Below, one piece after another: positions 30,006-39,047 of a DNA stretch of 64,000 bases (its first letter is position 1; every line of letters starts with the position of its first letter). The position numbers and the translations under genes are program-made. The notes under the pieces were generated by a model. It had not been told where the DNA came from. It did not search any database and saw only the letters and a program-made list of their open reading frames with translations. Where the stretch lies: assembly GCA_029259155.1 (NCBI GenBank), contig JAPDJI010000025.1, positions 13,578 to 77,577 on the forward strand, read 5' to 3'. Origin of the DNA: Candidatus Methanomethylicia archaeon (GTDB lineage: Archaea > Thermoproteota > Methanomethylicia > Nezhaarchaeales > B40-G2).

Positions 30006-31535
30006 ATGATGGATACGAGCCATATCCTACTCCAAACGATCCTTATACCCATGGCTTTCTCGGTGATAGCTCTTGTCGCCGGTAGGGCAATGGGTAAGAA
30101 CACAGGCTGGCTGGTCTTCGCGGTACTGGCTTACGTGACAGGCCTCTTAGCTTATGTGACATTGTCGCTTCCCTACATACCTGAGGGCCTCTTAAAGGCT
30201 GAGTATTACTGGGGGCCTTACATAGGCAATTTCACCCTGATAGCTGATGGCCTCAGCGCACCCATCGCTTTAACCATAGCCCTCCTATGCGCACTGATCG
30301 CGATATATTCGATAGGATACATGGAACACGAACACCGCCTAGACGCCTACTTCTCGCTATACCTCCTATACGCGGCCGGCATGATAGGGACAGTACTTGT
30401 CACCAACTTAGCAGCCTTCTTCCTCTTCTTCGAGTTGATGCTAATACCCTCCTGGGCTATGATAGGTATCTGGGGTACTGGCCCTAAGGAGAGAATAGCT
30501 TTCAAGTACTTTATGTTCACTGAAGCTGGTGCACTATCCCTGCTAGGCGGAATCGTGGCCACCTACTTCCTTACAGGGACATTTGACGTAATGGAAATGG
30601 CCACCAAGCTTTCAGCCTACGATGTAAACCTACTCACGGTCATAGTAGTAGCCATGTTACTAGGCCTGCTCGTTAAGATGGCAATATTCCCCCTACATAC
30701 TTGGCTTCCTGACGCCCACGCAGAAGCCCCTACACCTATAAGCGCCCTATTATCTCCAGCCATGATAGGTATAGGCGGTTACGCTGTAATAAGGATAGCA
30801 TACACCGCTTTCCCCATGGTAATGGCTAACTGGCCCTTCGTAATAGGCCTAGCCACTCTCGCAGTAATAACTATGGTCTACGGAGGAGTTATGGCCTTAG
30901 CTCAGGACGATATTAAGAGGCTCCTCGCCTATTCCAGTATAAGCCAGATGGGTTACCTACTCTTCGGCATAGCTTCGATCTCAGTGTTAGGGTTAGCTGG
31001 CTCTGTGCTCTTCTACGTAAATCACGGCTTATGTAAGGCAGTCCTCTTCATGATGTCAGGGATACTGATCCATAGTTTCCATACGAGAAGCATTAGCAAG
31101 TTCGGCGGCTTAGGACCTAAAATGCCACTAACCGCTACAGCGTCCCTCATAGCTTTCCTAGGTTTAGCAGGGACTCCTCCCATGGTTGGTTTCTGGGGAG
31201 AGGTATTCATATTTGCAGGTTCCATGCACACCGCATTTGCTAGCTTAGCAGGCGTGGACGTTGCGAGAGTCCTGGTAACCGCCATAGCCATCGTCGGCTC
31301 TGCTCTAACTGCGGGCTATGGGTTATGGACTATTAGGAGAGTTTTCTTCGGCCAACTGAACCCCTATGTTAAGGACGCTAAGGAGGGATCGCCGTTAATG
31401 GTGGCCCCCATCATGATATTAGCGGCATTAGCTGTCATTATCGGCGTCTACCCAACGATCATAACGGAGCCCGCGGCTTCATGGGCTTCAAGGCTAGTCG
31501 AAGTAATAGCTGCCCTTGCAAGGACATCAATCTAA
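30006..31535 (+). CDS. nuoM: Complex I-like subunit M
   Basis: FFLFFELMLIP, VKMAIFPLHTWLPDAHAEAPT, DIKRLLAYSSISQMG. Confidence 0.92.
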   Translation: MMDTSHILLQTILIPMAFSVIALVAGRAMGKNTGWLVFAVLAYVTGLLAYVTLSLPYIPEGLLKAEYYWGPYIGNFTLIADGLSAPIALTIALLCALIAIYSIGYMEHEHRLDAYFSLYLLYAAGMIGTVLVTNLAAFFLFFELMLIPSWAMIGIWGTGPKERIAFKYFMFTEAGALSLLGGIVATYFLTGTFDVMEMATKLSAYDVNLLTVIVVAMLLGLLVKMAIFPLHTWLPDAHAEAPTPISALLSPAMIGIGGYAVIRIAYTAFPMVMANWPFVIGLATLAVITMVYGGVMALAQDDIKRLLAYSSISQMGYLLFGIASISVLGLAGSVLFYVNHGLCKAVLFMMSGILIHSFHTRSISKFGGLGPKMPLTATASLIAFLGLAGTPPMVGFWGEVFIFAGSMHTAFASLAGVDVARVLVTAIAIVGSALTAGYGLWTIRRVFFGQLNPYVKDAKEGSPLMVAPIMILAALAVIIGVYPTIITEPAASWASRLVEVIAALARTSI

Positions 31536-32777
31536 GAATCCTTTAAGCCCTTTTTGAACTACTTTAAATTCAAGTTTCCCGTAAACCCCGTCGTACCCCG
31601 GGATTATCCTATACCTCCCCTCTCTTACCATGATTATGGCTATAGCCACTTCCCTAGGGGCTGCTTGTATTAGTTCCTCGTAGCTGGCGTGTAGTAGTAC
31701 GTTGTACTCTGAACCTAGCTTCACAACTAAGTTTTCATATAGCTCTCCTACTACCTTGGACTGAAGAGACTTCATACCTCCAGGCTTCAAGGCAGCGGAT
31801 ATGACTTCGTGGAGTGGAAGTACCTTAACGTAGTTCATGTTTTTCTCTGGTTTAAAGCCACTTGGCCTATCAGCCAGCTCCTCCACTCTATCCTCCACTC
31901 CTTTCGTTAAAGGCTTGCTGCATACAGGACATCTATAATTTAGTTTAGAGGCTTCAGCTGGGGAGAGGGGGCCTACACCACATTCACGATGCCCTGAGTA
32001 ATGGTATTTTCCATACTCCGGCGGTACCTCGAGCGTGGCCACCTTACCTGTCCTGATGGCTTCAATTAACTCTTTGTAGCTAAGTTTACTTAGGTTAAAA
32101 ATAGTGCATTCTCTACCGAGCCTCCAAGGCCATGGAGAGTGGCTATCTGAAAAGCTCAATAAAGTGAAGCGGTCGAGCCTACTTACCCTCCAGTTCATGG
32201 CTGGATCGCTACTAAGCCCTGTTTCAAGGGCATAGATGCGCTTAGCCATGTCTTCGTAGCATTCTTCAATACTATCCACTCCGCTGAAGGAACCGAAGAT
32301 CGACCTCCACGGCGTCCATGCATGGGCAGGAAACACAAGGCAGCGATCGTCAACTCCCAGTATTGTTTCTACCAGCTCTGAAGGTTTGATGGTTAGCGTA
32401 GGCCTGCCGTCACGTTCAAGGTCTCCATACCTCGATAACGCCTCACCCAGCTGCTCAGCTACCTCTAAACTAGGCATGAATATAACGTGGTGTATCCTCT
32501 TAACTCTGCCTTCATAGAGGTGGACGGTTTCCACCTCCGCCTCGACGAGAAACAGCACATTTTCGTCAGCCCCTCTTGCTTTATAGAGGCCTGTACCGTC
32601 TACTTCTTCTAAGGCTAAGCTTAACTGGGAGAGCCAGGCTGGATGTAGAGCATCTCCTGTACCTAATAGGTTTAAGCCCTTGATCTTGGCGAAGCCTACT
32701 AAGTCAAGGGGGTTCATCTTCTCGCTTGTAGCCCTTGAGAAGGGACTATGTAGATGTAAATCAGCGTAAACTTTCAC
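31527..32777 (-). CDS. Endonuclease Q family (PHP domain plus Zn finger)
   Basis: DLHLHSPFSRATS, PAHAWTPW, ETGLSSD, SDSHS, GKYH, CPVC, PGYDGVYG. Confidence 0.88.
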   Translation of the reverse strand: MKVYADLHLHSPFSRATSEKMNPLDLVGFAKIKGLNLLGTGDALHPAWLSQLSLALEEVDGTGLYKARGADENVLFLVEAEVETVHLYEGRVKRIHHVIFMPSLEVAEQLGEALSRYGDLERDGRPTLTIKPSELVETILGVDDRCLVFPAHAWTPWRSIFGSFSGVDSIEECYEDMAKRIYALETGLSSDPAMNWRVSRLDRFTLLSFSDSHSPWPWRLGRECTIFNLSKLSYKELIEAIRTGKVATLEVPPEYGKYHYSGHRECGVGPLSPAEASKLNYRCPVCSKPLTKGVEDRVEELADRPSGFKPEKNMNYVKVLPLHEVISAALKPGGMKSLQSKVVGELYENLVVKLGSEYNVLLHASYEELIQAAPREVAIAIIMVREGRYRIIPGYDGVYGKLEFKVVQKGLKGFLD

Positions 32778-32869
32778 GTACTCCGCCTAAAGTACCTAGC
32801 GTAGCCATGAGGTTATAAGCTTAAAGGAACTAGCCAGTAGAGTTTTTCACCTGTTTCATTTGAAGGCTC

Positions 32870-33643
32870 TCAGCTCTTTATGCTTTTACGAGCAAACACC
32901 AAGTACCCGGTATGGCCTACCATGAACGTATGAGGCCTCGTAGCGCCCACCTCAACCTTCAACTTTCTGAGGAGACATTCAATAGCCTCTATATCCACGA
33001 ACCCTTCTCTCCTAAGAGCTTCCACGGTCTTTTCTACTTGATTAATTGTTGGACTAAAACTAGCTAGGCCTCCACCTCCCTTTAACGCTTCGTAGGCATG
33101 AGGTACAACATCCCATGGGGAGGCTAGGTCCAAGACTACGGCGTCCACCTCTTTCTCCTCGATCCCTTCGGTCAGATCTTTATTCTTGAGCTCCACGTAG
33201 TCAAGCAACCCTACCCTAGCGAGGTTTTTTCTCGCCACCTCTAACACGTCGCTCCTTACTTCGTAGCTGTAAACTTTACCTGTAGGTTTAACGAAGAAAG
33301 CTAAAGCTGAAGCTAGAGCCCCACTCCCTGTCCCTCCCTCGACTACTCTTGAACCGGCTCCTATGCCGAGCCTAAGTATTATCAACGCTATATCCTTATA
33401 GTATAGTATCTGTGTCCTCCTCGCTAGCTTAGCTATGTAGTCGTAAATCGTGGGCTTAAGAGCTATGAAAGACACCTTCAAATTACTTTCCACGCTGACC
33501 CCGTAAGGCCTGCCTATTAGCTCTCTTAGCTCCACGTAGCCTTTATGCGTGTGAAAGCTCCTATCCTCAACTTTAACTAAGTACCTTCTACGCTCATCGA
33601 GGTATAGGAGAACATCATCTCCTTGCTTAATTTCCTCCGTCAA
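32870..33643 (-). CDS. trmI: tRNA (adenine-N1)-methyltransferase
   Basis: FHTHKG, TQILYYKD, VEGGTGSGAL, LDLASPW, MVGHTGYL. Confidence 0.93.
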   Translation of the reverse strand: MTEEIKQGDDVLLYLDERRRYLVKVEDRSFHTHKGYVELRELIGRPYGVSVESNLKVSFIALKPTIYDYIAKLARRTQILYYKDIALIILRLGIGAGSRVVEGGTGSGALASALAFFVKPTGKVYSYEVRSDVLEVARKNLARVGLLDYVELKNKDLTEGIEEKEVDAVVLDLASPWDVVPHAYEALKGGGGLASFSPTINQVEKTVEALRREGFVDIEAIECLLRKLKVEVGATRPHTFMVGHTGYLVFARKSIKS

Positions 33644-33708
33644 CTTACACTCCTCGCCTGAAGTTTAATACGAGCTCTTCCCCTTTTATGCTAGGGGGGG
33701 TTCTAAAC

Positions 33709-34818
33709 TTGAAGTTTAGAGCTGACGCACGCTTACTTAAGAGCCCTTCAGTTAAGGAAGCCTTGCTTTATGAACAGTTGAGTGGAGGTAAAGTTAGATG
33801 TAATACTTGTGCTAGGAGATGTGTAATACCTATCGGGTTTAGAGGTTTTTGTAGGACGAGAGTGAATGTGAATGGGAAGCTCTACACCATAGTTTATGGA
33901 GATTTAAATGCCGTGGAGTCTAGACCAATAGAAAGCCTAAGGCCTTTAGGCCTAGGCCTATAAATAAAGCCTTTCTTTCACTTCTGGCCAGGCTCCACGG
34001 CCTTAACCTTCTCCACTTGGTCCTGTAATTTATACTGTTTGTGGTGTCAGAACTGGCACCTCAGCAAGGAAGAGCCTAACCCCTATCAACCAAACTATGT
34101 GTCTCCTGAAAGGCTCATATTTATGGCTAAGAGGGCTGGCGATGAAGGCCTCTGCATCTCCTTCACTGAGCCCTTAATGCTCTTCGAGTATAGCTTGGAG
34201 GTCTTTAAGTTAGCTAGGCAGCAAGGCCTCTACAACACCTACGTGAGTAACGGCTACCTTACCTTGGAAGCTTTACGAGAACTCAAGAAGGCTGGCTTAG
34301 ATGCCATAAAGATAGATGTTAAAGGAGACCGCGAAGTGTATAGACGTTTCTGTGCAGCCCCAAGCGATGAACCTGTATGGAGTACAGCTAGAGAAGCTAA
34401 GAGACTCGGGCTCCACGTAGAAATCGTTAATTTAATGGTTACAGGCGTAAATGACCAAGAGGAGCAGGTAAGGGGGTTGGTTAGGAGACATTTAAAGGAG
34501 CTGGGGGCTTACACCCCCCTCCACTTCACTAGGTATTACCCTGCATTCAAGTTTAATGCTCCTCCAACAAGCGTATCGAAGCTTGAAGCTGCTTATAAAG
34601 TGGCTAAGGAAGAAGGTCTACTCTATGTATATTTAGGCAACGTTCCTGGCCATCGTTATGAGAACACCTACTGCCATGAATGCGGACAGCTAATCATTAG
34701 GCGGGAAGGTTTCAAGGTATTGGAATGTAGATTGGTTAAGGATAACCGTTGTCCCAGCTGTGGAGCAGCTATCCCCATAGTGGGAAGGTATGTCTCAAAG
34801 CCCTGGCGCTTCCTTTAA
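33709..34818 (+). CDS. AmmeMemoRadiSam-type radical SAM enzyme; predicted join(33709..33933,33964..34818), 359 aa after removal of a 30-nt intron
   Basis: N-terminal CNTCARRC...GFCRTR; one frame throughout; removing 33934-33963 gives ESRPIE-IKPFFHFWPGS...SCNLYCLWCQN; C-terminal YLGNVPG...TYCHECG...CPSCG; TTG start after a G-run SD (alternative ATG 33688). Confidence 0.85.
33934..33963 (+). other. Predicted 30-nt bulge-helix-bulge mRNA intron
   Basis: Central helix AUAG(33928-31)/CUAU(33958-61); AAA at 33932-34 and 33962-64; 9-bp intron stem 33935-57; in-frame TAA. Confidence 0.82.
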
Positions 34819-35021
34819 GTTTTAGAGAGTACAAGGGCTTTAAGCTCCTCTAACATCCTCTCCAGCTTTTCCAAGCGCTTAGCTACCTCATCCAGCCTTT
34901 TACCTAAGGAGATAAGGAGCGGTAAGACCTCATTCATCCACGGTGGAGCTAGCGGTGATAGCTGGGGAGGTAAGTTCTCCAATCTACGCCTAATCAGTTC
35001 GCTTACATCTTCTCTTGACAT
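34815..35021 (-). CDS. Small hypothetical coiled-coil protein
   Basis: 68 aa ORF with heptad-like C-terminus, co-oriented with its upstream neighbours. Confidence 0.6.
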   Translation of the reverse strand: MSREDVSELIRRRLENLPPQLSPLAPPWMNEVLPLLISLGKRLDEVAKRLEKLERMLEELKALVLSKT

Positions 35022-35051
35022 CTTAAACGACTAAGGGGAAAGGTGTCTTTT

Positions 35052-35900
35052 TTACTTTATCAAGGGTTTAATGATGTTTAACGCCCTCGCAAGATCCTTA
35101 AACTTTGCAGGTTTCCTCTTGCCTGCCCAGTGAACCTCAAGCAATATCATGCTACAGCCAGCCTCCTTCAGCAGGGAAAGGTCTTTCTTGACGTCAGCTG
35201 AGCCTGTGCCTGGCAGGAGGTGGTCTTGGAAGCTGTGGTCTTCAGCTGCGTAGTCGTGAAGGTGACCTACAAGCACCTTACCTTTAAAGGTCTTTACCCA
35301 CTCCTCTAGGTCTACAGCCTCTTCTTTAAACAGGTCCATACCCCTATGCTCCACGGTCCAGCGGGCATAGGCTACGTGGCCTACGTCAAGACATAGCTTG
35401 ACTCCTTCTATCTCTACCATCGGCTTAAGCATGCTTGGTACACCAAATAGAGGGTCTGGGTTATTTTCAACCGTGATTTCGATTCCAAGCTGCCTAGCTT
35501 TCTCGGCTATGTGTTTAATGGAGCGTACCGCGGCTTCTTCCAGGGCTTTCCTCACTCCTTCAATGGTCCAAGCTTCCCTTGAAGCAACATGAAGGTTAAA
35601 GTAGAGGGGGCTTAACTTCGATGCGAACTCAAGACACTCATCAAATAGTTTAAGCGCGGCCTCTCTTAGTATTGGTCTTGGGCTAGCTAATGATACATCT
35701 CTCCATGGAGCATGGATCGCTAGCTCTACTCCGTATTTAGCTTTCGCTTCCTTAATCTCCTCCAACGTCTTCCCTCTGAGTTTTTCGGGCCATGGATAGT
35801 CGAGAGAAATTTCCACATAGTCAAAACCGTACTCATTGGCTTTATTTATTGCCTTAACCACTGATCCTGCTCTTGGCCATACTGGTAGTGCTATCAACAT
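35052..35900 (-). CDS. Sugar phosphate isomerase/epimerase (AP endonuclease 2 TIM barrel) family
   Basis: IHAP, TVEN, CLDVGH, HLHD, DHLLPGTG, LLEV. Confidence 0.85.
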   Translation of the reverse strand: MLIALPVWPRAGSVVKAINKANEYGFDYVEISLDYPWPEKLRGKTLEEIKEAKAKYGVELAIHAPWRDVSLASPRPILREAALKLFDECLEFASKLSPLYFNLHVASREAWTIEGVRKALEEAAVRSIKHIAEKARQLGIEITVENNPDPLFGVPSMLKPMVEIEGVKLCLDVGHVAYARWTVEHRGMDLFKEEAVDLEEWVKTFKGKVLVGHLHDYAAEDHSFQDHLLPGTGSADVKKDLSLLKEAGCSMILLEVHWAGKRKPAKFKDLARALNIIKPLIK

Positions 35901-35911
35901 TTCATGTCCAC

Positions 35912-36994
35912 CTAGAGCGTGATTAAGCGGTAAATGGTCTCACCGACTCCCAGCTCTTTAGCTATCTCTAAGTGTCTTCGAGGGTCTGTGCCATTTACTT
36001 TGGCTAAGAAGTTAGGCGGCTTAGCTTCGTGCCATGAATGTACCGCTGCAGCCTCTATAAGGTCTAAAGCTGCAGCGTCTATTGCTACGGGGTCTAAGGA
36101 GGCTAGGACCCCTACATCAGGTATTAGGGGCCTACCGGCTGGAGTCGCGCAGTCGCATAAGGGCGTTACGTCTTGGACGAAGCTTAGTATAGCTATCCTA
36201 TCTTTAAATTGTTTTAGTACAGCATAGGCTGCGTGTGCCAAGTAGACCTGGAACCTTTCCTTTCCTTCTTCTGGCCAACTCCATGCTCCGTTGGGACAGG
36301 TAAAGAGGCAGGTATTGCAATACATGCATTTCGAGGGGTCCCTGACAGCTTTACCATCCTCAACCTTTAATGCTTGAAAGGGACAAGACTCTGCGCAGAT
36401 ACCGCATCCGTCGCATTTTTCAGCGTCGAAGACTAAGCCGCAGGCAGCGTGTTGAGCTGCCTTCGACCTCTTAGTGACGCATCCCATAGCGGCGTGTTTG
36501 AGGGCTCCTCCAAAACCTGCTAGGAGGTGTCCTTTAGCGTGTACAATTAGTAGAAGAGAATCAGCCTTTGCTATGGCTGAGGCTATCTCTACTTCATTTA
36601 AGCTGCAGCCCTCTATGGATTTATCAATCTTTACTTTGACCCCTGCGTAGCCATTTGGGGCATCCCCCACCACGAAGGGGGCGCCTAGCTTCTCGGTGAA
36701 GCCGTGGAGCTCTGCAGTACGGTAACAGTCTTCTACGGTGAACCTATGTTTAGGGTATAGCGTCGTGGTCTCAACGATAAATGGCTCTCCTCCTATCTCC
36801 TTTACTAACTCCACAGCTCTATGGACTAAGATTGGTCTTAGGTACGTTATATTTCCTCTTTCACCAATATGGACCTTGACAGCTACTTTACCTTTCAGGG
36901 CCTTCGCGAACCCTGCTTTCTCAAAAAGCTCTCTTAGCCCTTCCAATACGTCAGTATCCTTGGAGTAGTCAAGGAAGTAAACTTCGGGGATCAA
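35912..36994 (-). CDS. DUF362 domain protein with 2x[4Fe-4S]
   Basis: VKVHIGERGN, HAKGH..AGFGGALK, two CxxCxxCxxxCP, CDC, SLDPVAIDAA. Confidence 0.85.
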   Translation of the reverse strand: MIPEVYFLDYSKDTDVLEGLRELFEKAGFAKALKGKVAVKVHIGERGNITYLRPILVHRAVELVKEIGGEPFIVETTTLYPKHRFTVEDCYRTAELHGFTEKLGAPFVVGDAPNGYAGVKVKIDKSIEGCSLNEVEIASAIAKADSLLLIVHAKGHLLAGFGGALKHAAMGCVTKRSKAAQHAACGLVFDAEKCDGCGICAESCPFQALKVEDGKAVRDPSKCMYCNTCLFTCPNGAWSWPEEGKERFQVYLAHAAYAVLKQFKDRIAILSFVQDVTPLCDCATPAGRPLIPDVGVLASLDPVAIDAAALDLIEAAAVHSWHEAKPPNFLAKVNGTDPRRHLEIAKELGVGETIYRLITL

Positions 36995-37061
36995 GGCTAG
37001 CCATCCTCATCGCTACAGCTAAAAGTCAACCTAAATATAAACGATTTGAGGTTCACCTGGG

Positions 37062-37817
37062 TTGAGCTTCGCAGAGCTCATGTCCAAGTCTAAATCTAGA
37101 ATAATCCTCGCTCTCGACCTGACTGGGCCCTCACTGCTGGATAGAGCCTTAAAGATACTCGATGAAGTTTATCCTTACGTATCAGCCGTCAAGGTGAACC
37201 GCCACCTATCAGTGCCTCTGAACATAGAGGAGCTTTCCAAGCTGGTCCATGCTATACATGATCGAGGCCTCCTCGCCATTATGGATTGCAAGATAAACGA
37301 CGTAGGAAGCACCAATAAAGTGATGGCTGAGCTTTTCTTCCATGCTGGTTTCGATGCTTTAACTGCAAGTCCCTTTACTGGGTGGAAGGAGGGTCTTGAG
37401 CCTGTATTCAACCTAGCTAAAGATAATAGTAGAGGAATTCTCGTCCTTGTTTACATGAGCCATGAAGGGGCCTCCGAAAACTACGAGAGGTTAGTGTTGG
37501 ATAGATCTTCAATATCCTATAAGAGGATGTATGAGATATTTGCTGAGAAGGCCCTACTGTGGAGAGCTGACGGAGCAATAGTGGGCGCTACTCGCCCACG
37601 AATCTTGGCTGAAGTAAAACGTCTCTTAAAAGGTAAGATACCGATATACTCGCCCGGCATCATAGTTCAGGGAGGTAGTATTGAGGTTTCATTGAAGGCT
37701 GGAGCCGACTACCTGATAGTCGGAAGGGCTATTGTGGAGGCTCCGAATCCGAGCCAAGTCGCCGCTAATCTTAATAGGCTGGTGGAGGAGACGCTAGCCC
37801 GCTTACGTGGAGGGTGA
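37062..37817 (+). CDS. pyrF: Orotidine 5'-phosphate decarboxylase
   Basis: IILALD, DCKINDVGST, VGAT, SPG...QGG, IVGRAI. Confidence 0.92.
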   Translation: MSFAELMSKSKSRIILALDLTGPSLLDRALKILDEVYPYVSAVKVNRHLSVPLNIEELSKLVHAIHDRGLLAIMDCKINDVGSTNKVMAELFFHAGFDALTASPFTGWKEGLEPVFNLAKDNSRGILVLVYMSHEGASENYERLVLDRSSISYKRMYEIFAEKALLWRADGAIVGATRPRILAEVKRLLKGKIPIYSPGIIVQGGSIEVSLKAGADYLIVGRAIVEAPNPSQVAANLNRLVEETLARLRGG

Positions 37818-37820
37818 CTT

Positions 37821-38246
37821 ATGGAGAAGGTGGAACGCTCATCTCTCATAGATATCAGGTCTTTCGAGGGAGGGCAGGCTCATCACCACTTCCTCACCGA
37901 GGCTTTAAAGCAGAGGTTAGAGATCATAAAACACCTTACAGCTCGAGACGTTGAGGAAGTGGCGAAGGAGCTGGGAGCTCATTTAGTGGACCTTAAAATA
38001 GACGACGCTACGGAGTGGGCATTAAAGATCTCTCCCTTCCGAGGATTCGATATCTTTTTCGTCCTCCAACGATACTCACCTGAATTTGAAGATAGCCTTC
38101 TAGCCTTCTACAATAGGGAAGCTCCTAGCATAGGTGTGCCAGCTGAAGACGCCTCCGATTTTACCGTGCTTTATGCTAATGCTATCATATATGCTGCTAA
38201 GAGAGTGTTGGATAAGGAGCTTCCTAGGCTTTCAAGATACCTATAA
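37821..38246 (+). CDS. Hypothetical protein
   Basis: 141 aa ORF tightly packed between pyrF and etfB, with SD. Confidence 0.7.
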   Translation: MEKVERSSLIDIRSFEGGQAHHHFLTEALKQRLEIIKHLTARDVEEVAKELGAHLVDLKIDDATEWALKISPFRGFDIFFVLQRYSPEFEDSLLAFYNREAPSIGVPAEDASDFTVLYANAIIYAAKRVLDKELPRLSRYL

Positions 38247-38258
38247 GGGGGTGTCTAA

Positions 38259-39047
38259 ATGGATCTAGTGGTATGCGTTAAAAGAGTAGCTGAACACGCT
38301 GAAGCCGAGTTTGAGGTTGATGAAACAGGGAAGAAACTAAAGGCAAAAGGAGCAGCCTACGACATAAATGAATGGGATGATTATGCGTTAGAGGAAGCCT
38401 TAAGGCTCAAGGAGGCCTTGGGGGGTAGATTAACAGCAGTAACCGTGGGTGACGAGGATAGCGAAGAAGTATTGAGGAAATGTTTGGCGAAAGGAGCTGA
38501 CGAAGCGATTAGGGTAGATGTTCCAACTGAAGAAATGGACGCCTACGCAGTGGCGAAGGTGTTACACCGTGTTCTGAAGAAGCTCAACTTTGACCTCGTC
38601 TTGATGGGTGCTCAAGCCTCTGACGATGGTTATGCCCAGGTAGGCCCCATATTAGCTTTCCTCTTAGGGGTTCCTCACGCCACTTTGGTTAAGAAAGTGG
38701 AGGTTTTAGAAGAATGGATTAGGGTGCATAGAGAGCTTGAAGGTGGAGCTGAGGAGGTAGTTGAATTACGTGTTCCAGCTTTACTCACGATACAGACAGG
38801 CATCAATGAGCCCAGGTACGTATCCATTATGGGTCTTAGAAGAGCCTCTAAAAAACCATTAAAGGTCCTATCGCCAGGAGAGCTCGAACTGACTTCTGAA
38901 GACGTGGGCAGGGAAGGGTCTTGGGCTAGGCTAGTACGATATGAGATCCCACGCGTTGAAAGACGGGCCTTAATCATTGAAGGCCCCGCTGAGAAGGCTG
39001 CTTCATTCATCTTTAACCTATTGAAGGAGAGGGGGGTCACGGCTTGA
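38259..39047 (+). CDS. etfB: Electron transfer flavoprotein beta subunit
   Basis: VCVKRV, INEWDDYALEEA, GAQASDD, INEPRY. Confidence 0.93.
   Translation: MDLVVCVKRVAEHAEAEFEVDETGKKLKAKGAAYDINEWDDYALEEALRLKEALGGRLTAVTVGDEDSEEVLRKCLAKGADEAIRVDVPTEEMDAYAVAKVLHRVLKKLNFDLVLMGAQASDDGYAQVGPILAFLLGVPHATLVKKVEVLEEWIRVHRELEGGAEEVVELRVPALLTIQTGINEPRYVSIMGLRRASKKPLKVLSPGELELTSEDVGREGSWARLVRYEIPRVERRALIIEGPAEKAASFIFNLLKERGVTA

Noticed and set aside
33961-33963. Stop-codon readthrough, Sec/Pyl recoding or simple nonsense pseudogene in the radical SAM gene
   Set aside because: The codon is TAA, not TGA or TAG. Readthrough would leave 10 extra residues inside a conserved motif. The rest of the gene is intact and BHB geometry explains the insert exactly. 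A pseudogene is not fully excluded without RNA data.
33932-33972. Insert as a slippage duplication between the AAAGCCT direct repeats (33932-38 and 33966-72)
   Set aside because: The repeats are 34 nt apart, so removing that unit would shift the frame; only the 30-nt excision restores PIEIKP.
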